64,000 bases of DNA from Antedon mediterranea (taxonomy: Eukaryota; Animalia; Echinodermata): positions 16,824,101-16,888,100 of the forward strand of contig NC_092677.1 of assembly GCF_964355755.1 (NCBI RefSeq), written 5' to 3'. Below are positions 1-15,200 of the stretch, in pieces (the stretch's first letter is position 1; every line of letters starts with the position of its first letter). The notes under the pieces are model-generated. The model had not been told where the DNA came from. It ran no database searches and saw nothing but the letters and a program-made list of their open reading frames with translations. The position numbers were made by a program, and so were the translations under genes.

Positions 1-248
1 GACAACTTTTCATGTGAATTGAACACTTTGTAGGGATTGTAGGGGTTCCTCTGAAGTAATTCATGTATTTAGCTCAACATCTGGAGAAGTCCTCATCTAA
101 AATGGGCCAAGCAGGCCCATTAAATTTCGTCATGGATGAGTTTACATGAAAATTACTTCAAATCTGAAGTGGGCTTCCAAGCCAAGTACAGGTGGCCCTG
201 GGGTGCACTTTTGTCAGTACATTAAACAAAAAGTACATTTGTTTTTAC

Positions 249-3200
249 CTTAATTGGTCTTGTTCTGTCTGGTTCATAAACACGAAGGTACAATAGCGCT
301 GCAATGGATATTCCTACTGACGTCCATGTCACAAAACTAAAGTAGTTGATTAGAGTTATAATGTTGGGTGACAGAAGGTACATCAGGGACAATATGCACT
401 GTAAAATAAAACAACACACACACATTGTATTTTACATTTTATCTAATTTAATTGCATGCTTCATATACAGTTTGATACATACAGTATGTTTCAAATATTC
501 AAGGCAATATTTCATCGGTAGACAAATTATTACATTGGAGGCCACTTGCTACAGTATTTTTTTTCAAAAAGTACATATTAGAGAGTTATTGAAAGACCCA
601 TGGTTAGCAACACTATTGTAATAATGATGGCACTTTTCCACTAGGCGAATCTGTTCATGGGAATCTTATAGCTTATACAGATGCATGTTCATGTATCCAT
701 CTTCAAAATCCCTTCCAAATGTGTTTCAGCGAAATTGGTAGTGCAATACTTTATACTCTTTCCGATGAGTTGTTACACCTTTATGAGCATTCATTTATGC
801 AAATCGCAAATTTCAGCAGGTATGCGATAAAAATGAACATTGATGCTACTCTTGTAGTGAAAAGTAATGCATTTTTCTTTCCTGCGCCTAGTGGAAAACA
901 GGCTTAAAAGATTTATACACATAAGAATTAAGCCACATTGACCAACAATACATAATAACCTAGTAAGATCTAAAATGACTGTAAGAGCAAATGCTTACAG
1001 TAGTTCCAACCATGACAAAACTAATGGAAACTATAACCTTAAACTTCTAATAGAGCTTCCGCACGTGTATGGTTATATTTATACAGATATGTTGTGAAAA
1101 AACAGAATTTAGACTATAGATTAAAAATCAAATTTACCGTCAGTACGAGTGATGGTGTTGGTGTCCTGTATTTTACACTGATCATAGCAATGGCATCTGG
1201 AAGATGCCCTTGACGAGCACCGACAAAATAGATTCTGTAAAAAAAAAACAAGTTCTTAAATAATTGGATAATGTCAACATTAGTACAAAACAATTCTATC
1301 AACTATATGGTCCACATATTTAGAAAATCTAAGCTGAAACCATGTTTCTTTATGACAGAGAGACAATAGTTAAACTGCATATTAGATGTCAACTATATGA
1401 ACCAGTTAAGAAATGATTTAACAATACCTTGAAACAGTTAGTTAAGAGTAAACCATTTTACTTTATCTTGAACCAGTTGAAGGTAACACAATTCACTATG
1501 AACCAGTTAACTAAACTATTTTACTTTATCTTGAACCACTATTACTATACCTTAAATTAGTTACAGAAACACTACAGAACCATTTTACTTTATCTTGAAC
1601 CAATTAAGCCATACCTTAAACCAGTTACAGTAACACTACAGAACCATTTTACTTTATCTTGAACCACTCTTACTATACCTTAAATTAGTTAAAAGCAAAC
1701 TATTTCACTTTATCTTGAAACAGTTAATAGTAACCATTTAACTTGAACCAATTAAGAGTAAACTATTTTACTATATATTGAACCAGTTATAGAGTAAAGA
1801 ATTTTATAATATCTACCTTGAACCAGTTAAAAGTAAACCATTTACTCCTCCAAATGTGGATAAAGCAACAGAAATAGGCATGATCCAAGCCATTGGTCCA
1901 AGCAACTTTTGTCCAAAAGTCTACAAAGATAAAAATGGAAAAAATACAGTATACTCTTAATAAATCAGATACATTTTAAAATCTTTATTAAATAGTATTG
2001 GATCCATATTCAGTAAAATTAAAAAAATAAAATTATGTTTATAAAAATTAATTTGTTAATACAAATAGCATGTTTCTGAAAAGTTATGTTCTTTACCATG
2101 CATGAGCAATTGAACCCATAACATTATTTATAGTTATTAAAAGGAAATTTAACAAGAAGGTGATATGGTTTTAAGATATCTATGTGGACTTGTTATGCAT
2201 CTGCTTATTTTGTAATAATATTTTTACTGGAGTTTACACTTCTGGAAATCAAAAGTCTTTTATTTTGATAAAAGTTCTGTATCATAGTATAAAACCTACT
2301 CCAAAAAGCAAGAGGAGAGCCAGGATTCGATGTTTTGAAATAAATTGATCATCATCAGGAATGACAATAATTCCAAAAAACAGATAATTAAAACTATAAT
2401 ATAGTAATATGCATAAATATGCAAATGAGATTCTGAGTATGTATCTATTTTTACAATAAACTACCAAATGTTCAGTTGACTGCACACAATTCACAGATAA
2501 TAGCTGTTGGGCTTTACACATATGGTAGTAACTGATTAATATATAATCAGTGAAACACGCTTCCTAAGGGTCGACAACCTAGAATACGAGTATTTGCATT
2601 TGTACAAATGTGAAGCGACAAGCCTGCAACAACATACTAACACAGGCACATCAAACAAGAACAAAAACCCTTAATTAGCTTAATTTCTAATTTAGAAATC
2701 ATTCCATATGACTTCACATGAACTAATGTTGACCTCACTGAACCGTCCCCAGACAATAGAGGGAAATGTCAGGAGCAATGCAACCATAAGTTCTCAATTC
2801 TGTAATACTAATGCAGTTGTTAAGATGGAATAGTACTTTGAACAAGAAAAAATCCTAAAACAGTCGGTTTTACTACCAAAACCATAAAAGAAACAAACAT
2901 TGCATAGAACACATCTGAATCCCAACGGAAGTAGCATTCCCATAACTAGAGAGTGTATTTGCTTTCTTTTAAGTGCTACAGTAGTTTATCTTTTTGGAAA
3001 AAAAATGTTCTGGCATAAACATAGTATAGCAACCGCATACACATAATATAATCATTGATGATTGGGCAACAAAAAAAGACGTGGCTCTTGGAAGCAAATA
3101 TGAAGCGTGTGCGAAAGCTAGCAAGGAAATTGAAAAATTGAAATCGAGAACTTTTGTTGTTTTGAGAGACAAATATGGAACATACCATTGATTTTTTTGT

Positions 3201-6200
3201 TGATCAGACAGCTAGGGTATACGTACAGATTAAAGTATAATTTATATTTTCTCTATATTCAGTTTTTATGTCAGGTTCATATCAAATACAGTTATTAACT
3301 ACCATCTAAAAACTTGTCATAAAATAGAAATACATAGTTAATGTTAAGTATCATTTTTTTTTTTTATTTATTCGGTATATAAAAATATATTACAAAACGA
3401 CAGTCAAGGACTGAAATGAATTGTATTACAAATAACTAAAAATTAGTTATGCGCACATTTCAAAGCTTGCTTTATTACTGCACTATCATTCATTTTTTAA
3501 GGTAAAAACCAAATTACTAATTTTTGTTCTTTAAAATAATTGATTAACTCTTCCCACGTATTATCTTGTATCCTTTTATTTAAACATCTATGTAAACTTG
3601 ATTGATTGATAAAGAAGTTTATCTTGTACAGTATATTTGTATCATTTATGTTCCAAAACACCCTTTTAATACCAACATCATTACGCAGTACACACACTGG
3701 ATATTTTCTTTTCCACATACAATATGCATACAAACAGTAGTATAAACTGGCCAATTACATAAACTATATCATGCTTAATATAAACCAAGTATCATTTGGG
3801 ACTTAGAGGGTGATGTTGACACAACCACATGGCACTAGGCCAGGATTGAACCCTGGACCTTTTTACTAATCCAAACTTTTTTTTAACCCAGTATTCCAGC
3901 CATTAGTCACTTTAGTATTTGGTTTGCATAATTATGAAAATGGCAAAGCTAAATTTAGTGTTTATGAAATTATGGAATTAGGTAAATATCACTCAAATTA
4001 TTAGATAATGTTTAATTGCCTTATTAAAGACAAATTGTGATGATTCATCTGGTTTCTGAGAATATGAGTTTGATTTGCCAAATTTCTACTGATAACTATA
4101 ATTTGAAGGCATGAAATTTCAATTATTTTCTATTACTGTACGTACTTAATTCCTTTCCATCATCCTCTAAAATTTAACAAAATTAACACTGTAGAGTTGT
4201 AACAACCAAATGAAATGATCAATGACATATAGGCTGAAATGGATAACTCCCTACTCTTTCTAAAACATGCACTCACTGGGTTATTTTAAATGTACACTGG
4301 ACATAACACAAAATCAGAGAATCATTTGTTTTATCATAGGTACATCCCTAAGGTGGTCAAACTATGATTACAGGTAAAGTTCATGTCCTTTAAAATCTTA
4401 ACCGAGAAGTCTTATTGGACCACTAGTTATGGAATGTATTTATTACCAATGCAATAGAGATGGATAAATACATAAACAAAAAGAAACATAAAAATGATCA
4501 TTAACTAGAAGATTGAACATTTGGTCACATTAGTCCCTTGAAGTTGCTATGGTTTCCATCCAGTGCATCAGCCTAAACTGTTGGCTAATTGCCAACATTC
4601 AAGCTTTAACTTATAAATTATAGCTTTTGTTTGATTCTATTTGATGGCGTAGGATCTACTGTTCTAATGATAATTTTTCAATTTTTGTATTTCTAAAAAA
4701 AAAATGTTTGGATGGAATAAAAAATGGTTGGATTTTGGATTCGGGCCTAATCAAATGTCAATGTCATTATGTCAATGTCATTCAGTAAAATAAATAACAT
4801 GTGTTCAGGAACTCGCAAATTCTATGAAAATGGATTTTTATTATGATTCATATCAAATCTTAAATCCAAATGAATTAAGGTATTGTTGTTATTGATTTAT
4901 TATGACTAAGACTATAAGAGGCTATTGTTGAACGTGTTGAGCAGATCGTCGTATTAGGTAAAGGGACCAAATTAAGTTTACTGCAGTTGCTGTAGTAACT
5001 ACATTTTGTTTATGCAATTATTTAGTTTGGACTGTAATACAACAATGTGAATGTATGTAGACAAATTTTAACCAAAAAAAAGTTTATATCTATTGCAATG
5101 TTTGTACAAGAGCTATATTCTGTGCATTTTTGGTGAGTAAGTCAGCCTGCATAAACACAAAGTGTGATAAACTGCACTCAAGCAGCTCTACAACCATTGG
5201 CAAAACCAATCAACCATCATTCAGGTTAATTATCAACGATATTACAATTATCTGGCTTTTCATTAAAACCAATGAAATAAAAGTACTTAGTTAGACGTCA
5301 AAGCAGGGAGATCTCCTTGGTCAGTCAGATTTGACAAAGTTCAATATTGACCATTCTTAGTATTTTGTTTGTGTTTTTGTACTGTCAATCATAGTCTTTA
5401 ATTTAACTTGTTTTATATTATTGTTTTTGTTATATTTACGTGTTTAATGCAATACTTTGTAATGTTTATATTTTTTATTTTAGATTGTAAAGGATCCCAA
5501 TGGAAATAAGCTGATAAGCTTTTTGGGCTATCCTGGAAAATCTTTTATAAATGTATTATTTGTAATGTCCGTAATTTATGTTATCGCTTTGTATGTATTT
5601 TTTATGATGATTTTCCAAATAAATTCAAATCAAATCAAATCAAATCACTGTATAAAGTACCATCTGCTTTATATTCCTGATTAAACAATAATGGTTAATT
5701 AATTAATCATTTAAACCATATGTGGATATGAATAATTAAGCTATGTCTATTTGTCTGGTTAGATTACAATTCACTATGCTAAATGGTAGTGGTAGTATGG
5801 TAGTACAATTTTATAGGGTATACTATCGTGTTCATGTGCTTTAAAATATCACAACCACCATGAGCAAATAAATCAAAGAGAAGTGCTTTAAAATATCACA
5901 ACCACCATGAGCAAATAAATCAAAGAGAAATTAAAACGTAACATATTGGATTAAGAGCAAAAGAGGGAGATTCATGCACAGCCATCGGAAGTTGGTTCCA
6001 AAACTTTGGAGCAGTGGCATTGAAGGAACAATTGCCACAAAGTTTAAAAGGGACAATAAGGATAGTGGAAGAAGAGGTAGACCAAAGTGAGCTCATACAT
6101 CCATCTGGCAATGTGCAATGTATATATACATTACACACTAAACTATTTTAATTTTCAGTTATACATATTTAACTTTTATTATTGTTGTCAATAAATTAAA

Positions 6201-9200
6201 AAATTATAGCCACATAATGCACACTATATGATTATGTATTCAAATTTATGATTTGTGATCTTTAAGGCTGGCAAAATAAAATCATTATGGGCTATTGAGA
6301 TTTTTTGTAGCCAGCATACTAAATCTCTTGAGCTGATGTCTGCCACATAATATTAGCTCAAATTAAAACCTAATTAGTTACAACTCAATAAATAATATGA
6401 GTACTGATATTGCAGCTAATATTTATAAAGAATTTTATGATCATTTAAAAACGGAGGAAAACAAATTTGAAGCAGATATTTTTAAATAGTAAAAAAAAAC
6501 TATAAATTTAGGACTCCGCTATTCAGATGACATTTTAAGGAGGCATGTTGTTGGTCCTGAATGTCCCTTTATTTCTAAGCCTTAAATTAAAAGGGTCGAG
6601 AGTGACTCTAAATAGAAAAAAAATGTATCAAAAGGGGCATTAGAGCCAAAAATTGTTATTATTACAAGTATGTTCTGCTGTATATGTATGCTTTTTTGTA
6701 TGCTATCCAAAATGATCAGAAGAAATTGCACAGGTGATCAAAATATCAAGAAACGCTCATGATTATTTTGGGAGACTTGGAAGGTCTGTTGGTACTTTGT
6801 TTGAGAAGACAGTAAAACACCAAAAACTCACTTTACTGATTGGCAATTTGCGAAATCAAAACTAAACAATCTCTCTAAAAACTCTGCCACTTTCTGTGAA
6901 CAGTAGACTTCAATCAATGATACCTACCACAGCTACTGCCTTAGAAATGAGGAGTTCTTCTGGTGACATTGCTGTGAAGTAAGCAATGTTTGCCAATACA
7001 TAGATCAGTATAACAACTGGTACAGATAATGCAATAGCTCTTGGTAAATTTCTACAAAGACAAAAAAACAATTCTATATTTATTTATAATGTCAAGTGAA
7101 AGATTTGGAATTGTTCTAAAGATTCCAAATTCAGAAAAGAGCCTGATTAATAAAAACATTGGAATCAAACTAGGTCAGAAAGGAACCCCATAACCTGTAC
7201 AGTCCCACCACATGAGAACATTTTAACACTTATATTTGACAGCATTATGCCCATCTAACTGTTTATAAATCAAACACTGAATGCACAGGTGCAATGTTAT
7301 GAAATATCACAATTTTCAATTCACAGGAATGTTTTTCAATTTTCCTGGGTACAATTAAAACAAAAAACTTAAACTAGACTGGGTTCAAAATAAATATATA
7401 TTATTTTTTATAGAAGGCAGACATCATGGCCCTGGAGAATATGTTGCTGTTGTATGATGTTTAAATCTAGTAATGTATGTGGTATAAGTTATAAATCGCT
7501 GGTTTGGAGGTGTTAAGACACAAGTAGAAACAATATTGTGGCTAATAAAAGTGGTTTTTTATTTGAGTAGCAAAACTGACAGCTACAGAAATGCTTCAAT
7601 GATTTTATCCTTTTTTTAAACACAATTGACCAATTAGAACATCGCAAAATAAACACTCATAGGGCAACATTTTCATATCTACCAGATTTTTTATCATTCC
7701 ATATTAAATGAAATAACATTTTCAAAAAAGCTTACTAGATTCTACTGAAAGGGTTTAGCCTCTTGAAATAACATTGAATTAAATAAATAAATGAATGTGT
7801 GGTTATTATAAATTTAATAGAAAGGGAAATTTTTAACAATAGATACATTGCTGGTATACCAGCTAAAATGCATGTACTGGTGGTTACGAACAAATCATCA
7901 TCAAACGCATCCAAGATGGAGTTCATAATACAATGTCACAGTCCTTTGTTATTAAAACAAATATTTTATTGTACTGTATAGGTAATTCAGAAAAGCTTGG
8001 TGCAATAGTACTTATTTATCAGTGGCATGAGCACTCACTGGCTAAACCCCCTTATTGGGCCTGAGCAGAGCCCAGATGATGATGAAAAAATGTTGAAAAT
8101 CGACGGCCAATGCAAAAGCTAGGGCTGCAGGCCTCTGTGTTATAAACCTACAGTAATTTTCAGCAACCAGAATATACAGAAGCAGCCTAACAATACATTT
8201 TGTATTCCCTTATTGGGAGTAATAAATAAATTGTGTTAATTAAAAAGACCGATCAATATTATACTAGTATTTTAGCTGAAACTACTGCAATATGCGAGAG
8301 AATCTTAAAATACTGCAGAGAATTGAGTATAAATATCTTCTCAGTGAATCTTTCAATCCGATGTTGATCATGTTGGTGGGCCCAGAGCAAATCCTGGCAC
8401 CAGACAAAAGAGTCAAAGGTAGAGAGGTTAGCTGCCCTTTTAGGCAGACAATAATGTTGAACGTGCAGACATGAGCATTTACTTAAAATGTTAAAAGATT
8501 TTAAAGCAAAGATCTGGTAATTTACAGCAATTACCCATTGATCTGTATATCACCCTGTGAGAATTAATGTCTTTTGCTGTTTACCATAGATGTTTAATAT
8601 TGATAAATATGATTTATAGGCCTGAATATTGTTCAATGTACCATAAATTTGTCAGGTAAACTCTAAATACTGGAAATACTTTCAATCAAAGATTTCCCTA
8701 CTTTCTGTATCCGGTTTGCCATTGTTGATAAATGTCAGATCTAAGGGCAGTCAAAACTTTTTTAGGTAATAGGAACATGTTCCTAGGTTGTCTGTCCTCT
8801 GCCCTCCACCTGTATGTTGTTCATAATATTTTGTCATTTGGTATGGCACGCCAGGACCGACATAACTATGTCAAATTGTTGAGTTTACACATCGCTTGTG
8901 TTGAGTTGTGACACATTGCGTGTGTTGAGTTTTTTACACACATCACATACAGTATATCGAGAAGCAAATATAAAATTGACGAATTGAAAAAAAAAATTAT
9001 TTACCTGAAAAAACAGTAATTTTTTATTTGTCTTTCTAGCCACACCATTGTAATTCTTTTAGAGATTTGTCTTATATAATGTTGTAACAATAACATATTC
9101 TGTCTCATAATTATTTTAAAAGAAAACATAATTATATTTAAACATTGTTTGTGTTTGTTTATAATCTAGACTACAGTTAATTTCACATTAATGTACCGAG

Positions 9201-12200
9201 AAAGGGGAAACTAAACAGGGCCCTTAATAGGGGTTAGTCATATTGTTAAACATATTGCAACTTGGTCGTTACACAGGAAAGTTTCCCCTGAATATGGATG
9301 TCCCAAAGGCCCAAGGGAAAGGTTCTACTGTGCCTGTAATAGAACCCCACAACCAAAACAAATCTCAGAGCACCCCACCCCCAATTGCCTTTCTTCTGAA
9401 GAACTTTACCTATTACAAAGTTTTATGTGGCAGACAGTAATGGGCTAAATACATACAATGTATATTTATATTGTAACTGAAGACATTTTAGTAGACAAAT
9501 CACAGGTGTACTTTCATAACACACAGGTGGTGATACAGTACCTTGGAGAGAGAACAATCATAACCCAGGAGAAGTCTGGAAGAGGTAATAGGGTCTGGTA
9601 ATATCAACAGGTGTATAAAATAAAATCCTGGGTCACTTAAATGTTAGTGATTGTATTAAGTCACCCAACCTATGAGTTCTTAGAAACCAACTGATGCATG
9701 TATAATAATCTTGCTGACGTAACTATGGTAATGATAAACAAAAACTTTACCTTGCTGGATCCTTCAACTCTTCTGTAACATAGTTTAAATAATTCCTGAA
9801 AAATTAAAAAAATTTATTACTAATTATAAATTCATTTTTAAAAGTAATACATGAGTTCAGTAGAGTAGTAATAGTGGTTTAAGAGAAAACATTATTGCTG
9901 TTTCTAGACACTACGTAAAGTTAAATCTATAACCATAACGCATGTCTTTGCCATGTGCAATGAAATAATTTTATTTTTAATGATTTGACTGCTATTTTTA
10001 TCAAGAATCTTTGAAAGAAATTTAAATGAGATTGACATAATTTATAAACAGCCAATTTAACTTTATTTGTTTATTTTTAAAAACTTTATTACATTTATTG
10101 TCATATAAAATTAAAAGAAAACAGGATTAATAAACAAATGATTACGTTTCGCCTCCCCACAAGGTGAACACTGTCTAGTGGCTTACTAGGAAATTATGGG
10201 GAGATACACAGTAAAAAAGACAAAAATTAAAATGATTTTTAAAAAAGTAGTAAATAGTCCAGCCTTATATTATATTGCCAGTGCATACAAAATATTCAGT
10301 ATCAAATAAATTACATTTATAATATGTACACTAAATATATTAACATTTTAATTGACATCATAAAATACATTCATAATTGTAATTTTTTTTGGGAGTCCAC
10401 TTTTATAGCAATGAGAATTCCCATACTTCTATAATTTTAAACACATATTTACACAGTATTTAATAGAAAGATGAAAGATGTATTTATCTGCTACAACATT
10501 TTGCCGGTTCAAGCAAGAACATTTACCTCTTTAAATGTTATGAAGTTTGAAATACTGTAAAATTTTTTGCAAAATCATGATAAATAGGGTGTATTGTACG
10601 TTAGGAGCACGTAGCATATCATAGACACATCCTCTCCATAAGTGTTAAAGGATGTCTGTAAATTGTTAGGAAATTTAATAAACAGCGGTTCTTTAAAATG
10701 TTAAACAATGTTATTCAAAACATAATTAGAATAGTTTAAACAAAACCATCTGAAATCAAACTATAAGTACATTTAAGTACATATAAGTACATTTAATAAC
10801 ACATTAAATGAACCATTGGGAAAATGTTATAATGACTGATTTGCTGTGAAATGTTATCCCAAAAAATCTTTCTCAGTTGACTACGTGTTTCTTCCCTTTT
10901 TCTTATAAAACAACATAGTTGAAAACAAAAATTTAAAACTGCAATTGTGCCAAACTATAGAAACTACTAAGGGTGTGTTCACACACAAAGTGTAAGACTG
11001 GAATGGTTTACTCAAGCGGTACATGGTAATCTATGAATTACAATTGCAAGGTGTTCATTTTATGAATGGTGTTGAACACAGAATTCCTAGTATCTTTTAT
11101 GTTATAGTACAGTAGTCCTAGTGTCCATTTTAGATTCGACACTGTCATGATGGCCGTTTGTTTTTCTTGAAATACGGTCATCTCAATTATTGTCAACGCT
11201 TGATTTCCAGTTTCTACTGCTACTGCTTTTAGCCAATGTTTACTTTTATTTCACCCTAAAAATGCATGTGCTTTCAGATCGCAGAGTAGAGAGCAAAAAC
11301 ATGAATTGGTAAATATCTTAGAATAAGGTTAAACTTTAATTAAAGCATCGCTGGAGTTAGCTCCATGGCGTACCGTAGTTAAGATAGGGTATGTACTTTC
11401 ATTAATAATGTAAAGAACATGGCATAGTGAGTTTTGTTAATAACATCACTGCTTGGTTAACACGCAAAAACATACACTATGTGAACACGGTCACATAAAT
11501 CTTGTGTAAATGGCTTACCATCCTCCATAGGCAAAGAGACCACCATACACTGCAAGGGCTATCTTCTTTGGATCATCTGTTGTGCCTTCAAAAGAGTTGT
11601 TGAAGTTTTCAGTATTTCCTGCAAAGAGAAAAAAGAAATGTTATTATCAGTGGTAAAATAATAATATATTGTGAAAGTAAATTACTCTTTTCTGTACTTA
11701 ATACTCCAAAAAAAATACATACAAGTAAATATTTTTCATACAAAAATAAAAAGTAATTCTAAAATTCCTTGCTTTGTGTCTAAACATATAATTTACTTCA
11801 TCACACATTGCAGGTTACTGTACCTTTGACATTTGGATAATTGGTATTATATTAAAAGTACTGAAGGTATAAAGTCAAATTGTACTGCAATTTAAAAAAT
11901 GCATTTTGGTTTATCCTATGGTCTTGATTTACCCAAAAGCTGATAATTTCTCTTATAAAATAATAATTCTTTGTGAAATTTCTATTTTTTTGATAATTAA
12001 AATAGATAGCTACAGATCGGTAAATATATTTTGATTCAATTTTGTTGCATCCATTCATCCAAATTATACAAAATAAAATACTGTATAAATAATATAAAAC
12101 TACTGTTACAATAAGAAACTAGAGACACAGTCAACAATGTTGTGTCATAAAATGAAATATATGGTGCTTAATGTATAATAATTTATTATCAATGTATATA

Positions 12201-15200
12201 GTGGTATACTGTGCTACTTCAATAGAGAAAGAGAGAGATATATATTTATATTCTGTATCAAATGAATGATAAATGAGTGCATGAATGAAGGAGAGTGGGT
12301 GATCATTACAAGTGATGGATAGATAAAAAAACAATTTTTAAGCTGCTGCTCTAGCCAGCTACGTCCCATGAGGACTACTCATCCAGAAGCTAAAGCAAGC
12401 AGCAGGTATTGTATCCAAGGCCGACAATTTTGCGAATTTTTAAACTCAACTATAATTTATAGATCCCAGCTGCTGGACCAAAAAAACGTCTGGAAAAAGA
12501 GAGTCTATGAGGGCTCACGGATGAACGATTTTAGATTCTCGCTCTTTGATTGGTTGACGCGAATCAACAGACTGGGAAGAATTTTCTCACTTGTACAGCG
12601 GTGAAGTCATGTTGTCTCTAGAGGGTATTTAGTTGCATTCCTACAGGTTGAGGTCACACACACACACAGCACTTTAAAATTAAAGTTCAAAATTGACCAT
12701 TTTTAAATGGACATGTGATTCATGATTAAAGAACTATCTTTGATTTGTATGTATTTTTGCGATTAAAGGACATCTTTTTAATAATTAATCATAAATATAT
12801 CTGAAAAAAACTTGGCGTTATAATTATAATATTTTGTTATTTGTTTCTTTTTTGGTATTTTGTTTATAAGCCAGTGAAATTTGGAATACTTGAGATGGAT
12901 TGAATCCAAGATGGGTGTGGCTTATTTTTTATAGTAGAAGGCTAATATTACAGTTAAATTTTAGATGTTAAAGACTACCATCATCTTAATGATATTTTAC
13001 AAACTTTCCATCATGATAATACATCTTATGAATGAACATCCTAAAAATGACCTTATCATATTCTACAGCTTGTGTCTAAAATGTTGATGGTATCAAATAT
13101 AGTACTACTAATCTACTACCAGGACATGTTATACTAAAGTTAGAAAAACCGGAATTAATAATATTTTTAATATTGATTCAGCCTGAATGATATACTGTAG
13201 TGTTTCCCATAATTTCTGTATAATTTGTTGACAAATAGAGCAACTCAGTACATGGAAAAATCCTTTCTAAAAACACTAGTCCTTCAGGTGATGGACAGAG
13301 TTCTCATTCCTGGAATTTTTTTTCTGACTATGTGGTATCCAATCTCAGGCTCAATTTAAAGAAAAGATTTGATCTAAGTTGAGTTTTAAAGGCCATATTA
13401 TTAGGCCTGCCCTTTACCCAGTACTATAAAGTGAGAGTTGCGCAAGATGACTTTACGTGAAAATTTAATTCATATCAAGAGTCAATTTTCTGTGGATTAA
13501 AAATGGCATGTTTCACACAAAGTTGCGCACACACGCGCATTTAAAATTTCAAAATGCGCAAAATTAATTTCTAATCAACTTCTATGTGAATCATGGCATT
13601 TTCCGCATGTCAAAAATCCTGACGTGCGCAAACTTTTTTACGCGTACGGTGCACTCGGAGTATAAAAGACATGGTTGTTCACTTGGATTATATTTTCCCA
13701 GCTATTTCTAGTAATTTTTAAAAAAAAATTAAACCATTTCAACTTGAAATGAAATCATACAAGCACGTTGAATTAAGACAATTTGCACGAGATTTAGTTA
13801 CAAAATATTGTCAAAATCATGCCTATTTTTAATCAATCTATTATAGCTCCTCGGTATCACCATGACCCTAATTTTTTTTTTAACTTATAATGCAAGTAGT
13901 ATACTGTATGAATTCATGCAAAATTGTTACCTCTCGGATGTTCTCAGGGCCGTAGCCAGGATCTGTCAAGGGGGGGTTCGGACGTATTTGGGACACAGCC
14001 GCCACCCCCCCCCCCCCCTTGAGGTGGCGAAGCGAATTTTGTTAAATGACACCCCTAGATGGCCGGAAATGGTACTCTCGCACATAACATTCTTGGTTCC
14101 CACTAGTAGCGACGCAACGTAACGCAACCTACGCAACGTAAGAACATTCCCTTCCAATAATTGTGTTTGCCCCCGTCTGCGTGAAATCAAACCTGCGATG
14201 TTTGCCGCACTGTTGCATTTTTGGTTCCCACTTGTGATTACGCAATACAGCACTTTGCGTCGATACGTCGCTGCGTAGCGTTCTAATGGGAACCACGCTT
14301 TACAGAGCGAAGAATGTATTGAGTTATTCAAGAACGAGTTTACGAATTTTTCAATTTACGAATAACCTTTTGTACTGTGGGGCACGTATTTGGAGGATTT
14401 TCAGAGATGGGGCGAGGTATTGGGCATGTAAGGGATGGGGGTTCGCAGTCGATTAAGGGGGGTTCGCTGTAAAGGGGGGTTCGCTGTAAAGGGGGGGTTC
14501 GCCCGAACTATAAAAACCCCCCTGGCTACGGGCCTGGTTATGACGTCATCATATGACCACCCAAATATAAAATATAGGATTTTTGTCTCTTTCGTCATAG
14601 CACATTACATTTAATAGAGCGCATCTCGCTTAATATTTATACCTCAATTTCTCCTAGATTTTGATATTTGTTTGCTCAATCAATTATCTTTTGTAAGATT
14701 TACAAATATTAATGACGTCATTACGACAAACAATTTAAATAACGTAAGTCACTCATTTTCATCCTTACATTAAATTTCAATACTGTATGCTATAGCTCCT
14801 CAGAATGAAAAGTGACACTCATGATTAAAACATTTTCTGGAACTTGAAGCTGTTGAATTCTAAATACGAATTCATGTAAAAATGTTGCGTACCGGATGTT
14901 GTGACATCATAATATGGCCAGTTGAATTATAAAAGTCGTATTTTCATCTTTTGTGTCATAGTGTACATAGTTCATCACATTTAATATAGCGCACATCTAT
15001 ATTCTACGTATCCAAATTTCTTCTTCAGTTAATATGTTGTTGCTCAGATAACTTCCTTCCAAAATTGAGTATCTTCATCATGATAAAAATCGAAATAAAA
15101 GGTCACAGTAATTTTACCTATGCTATGTCTGTATGTAGTATACTTAGACACAAAATAGAGAGCTCACTTTAAATTAACAACATTTTATTTTCCTAAGGTC

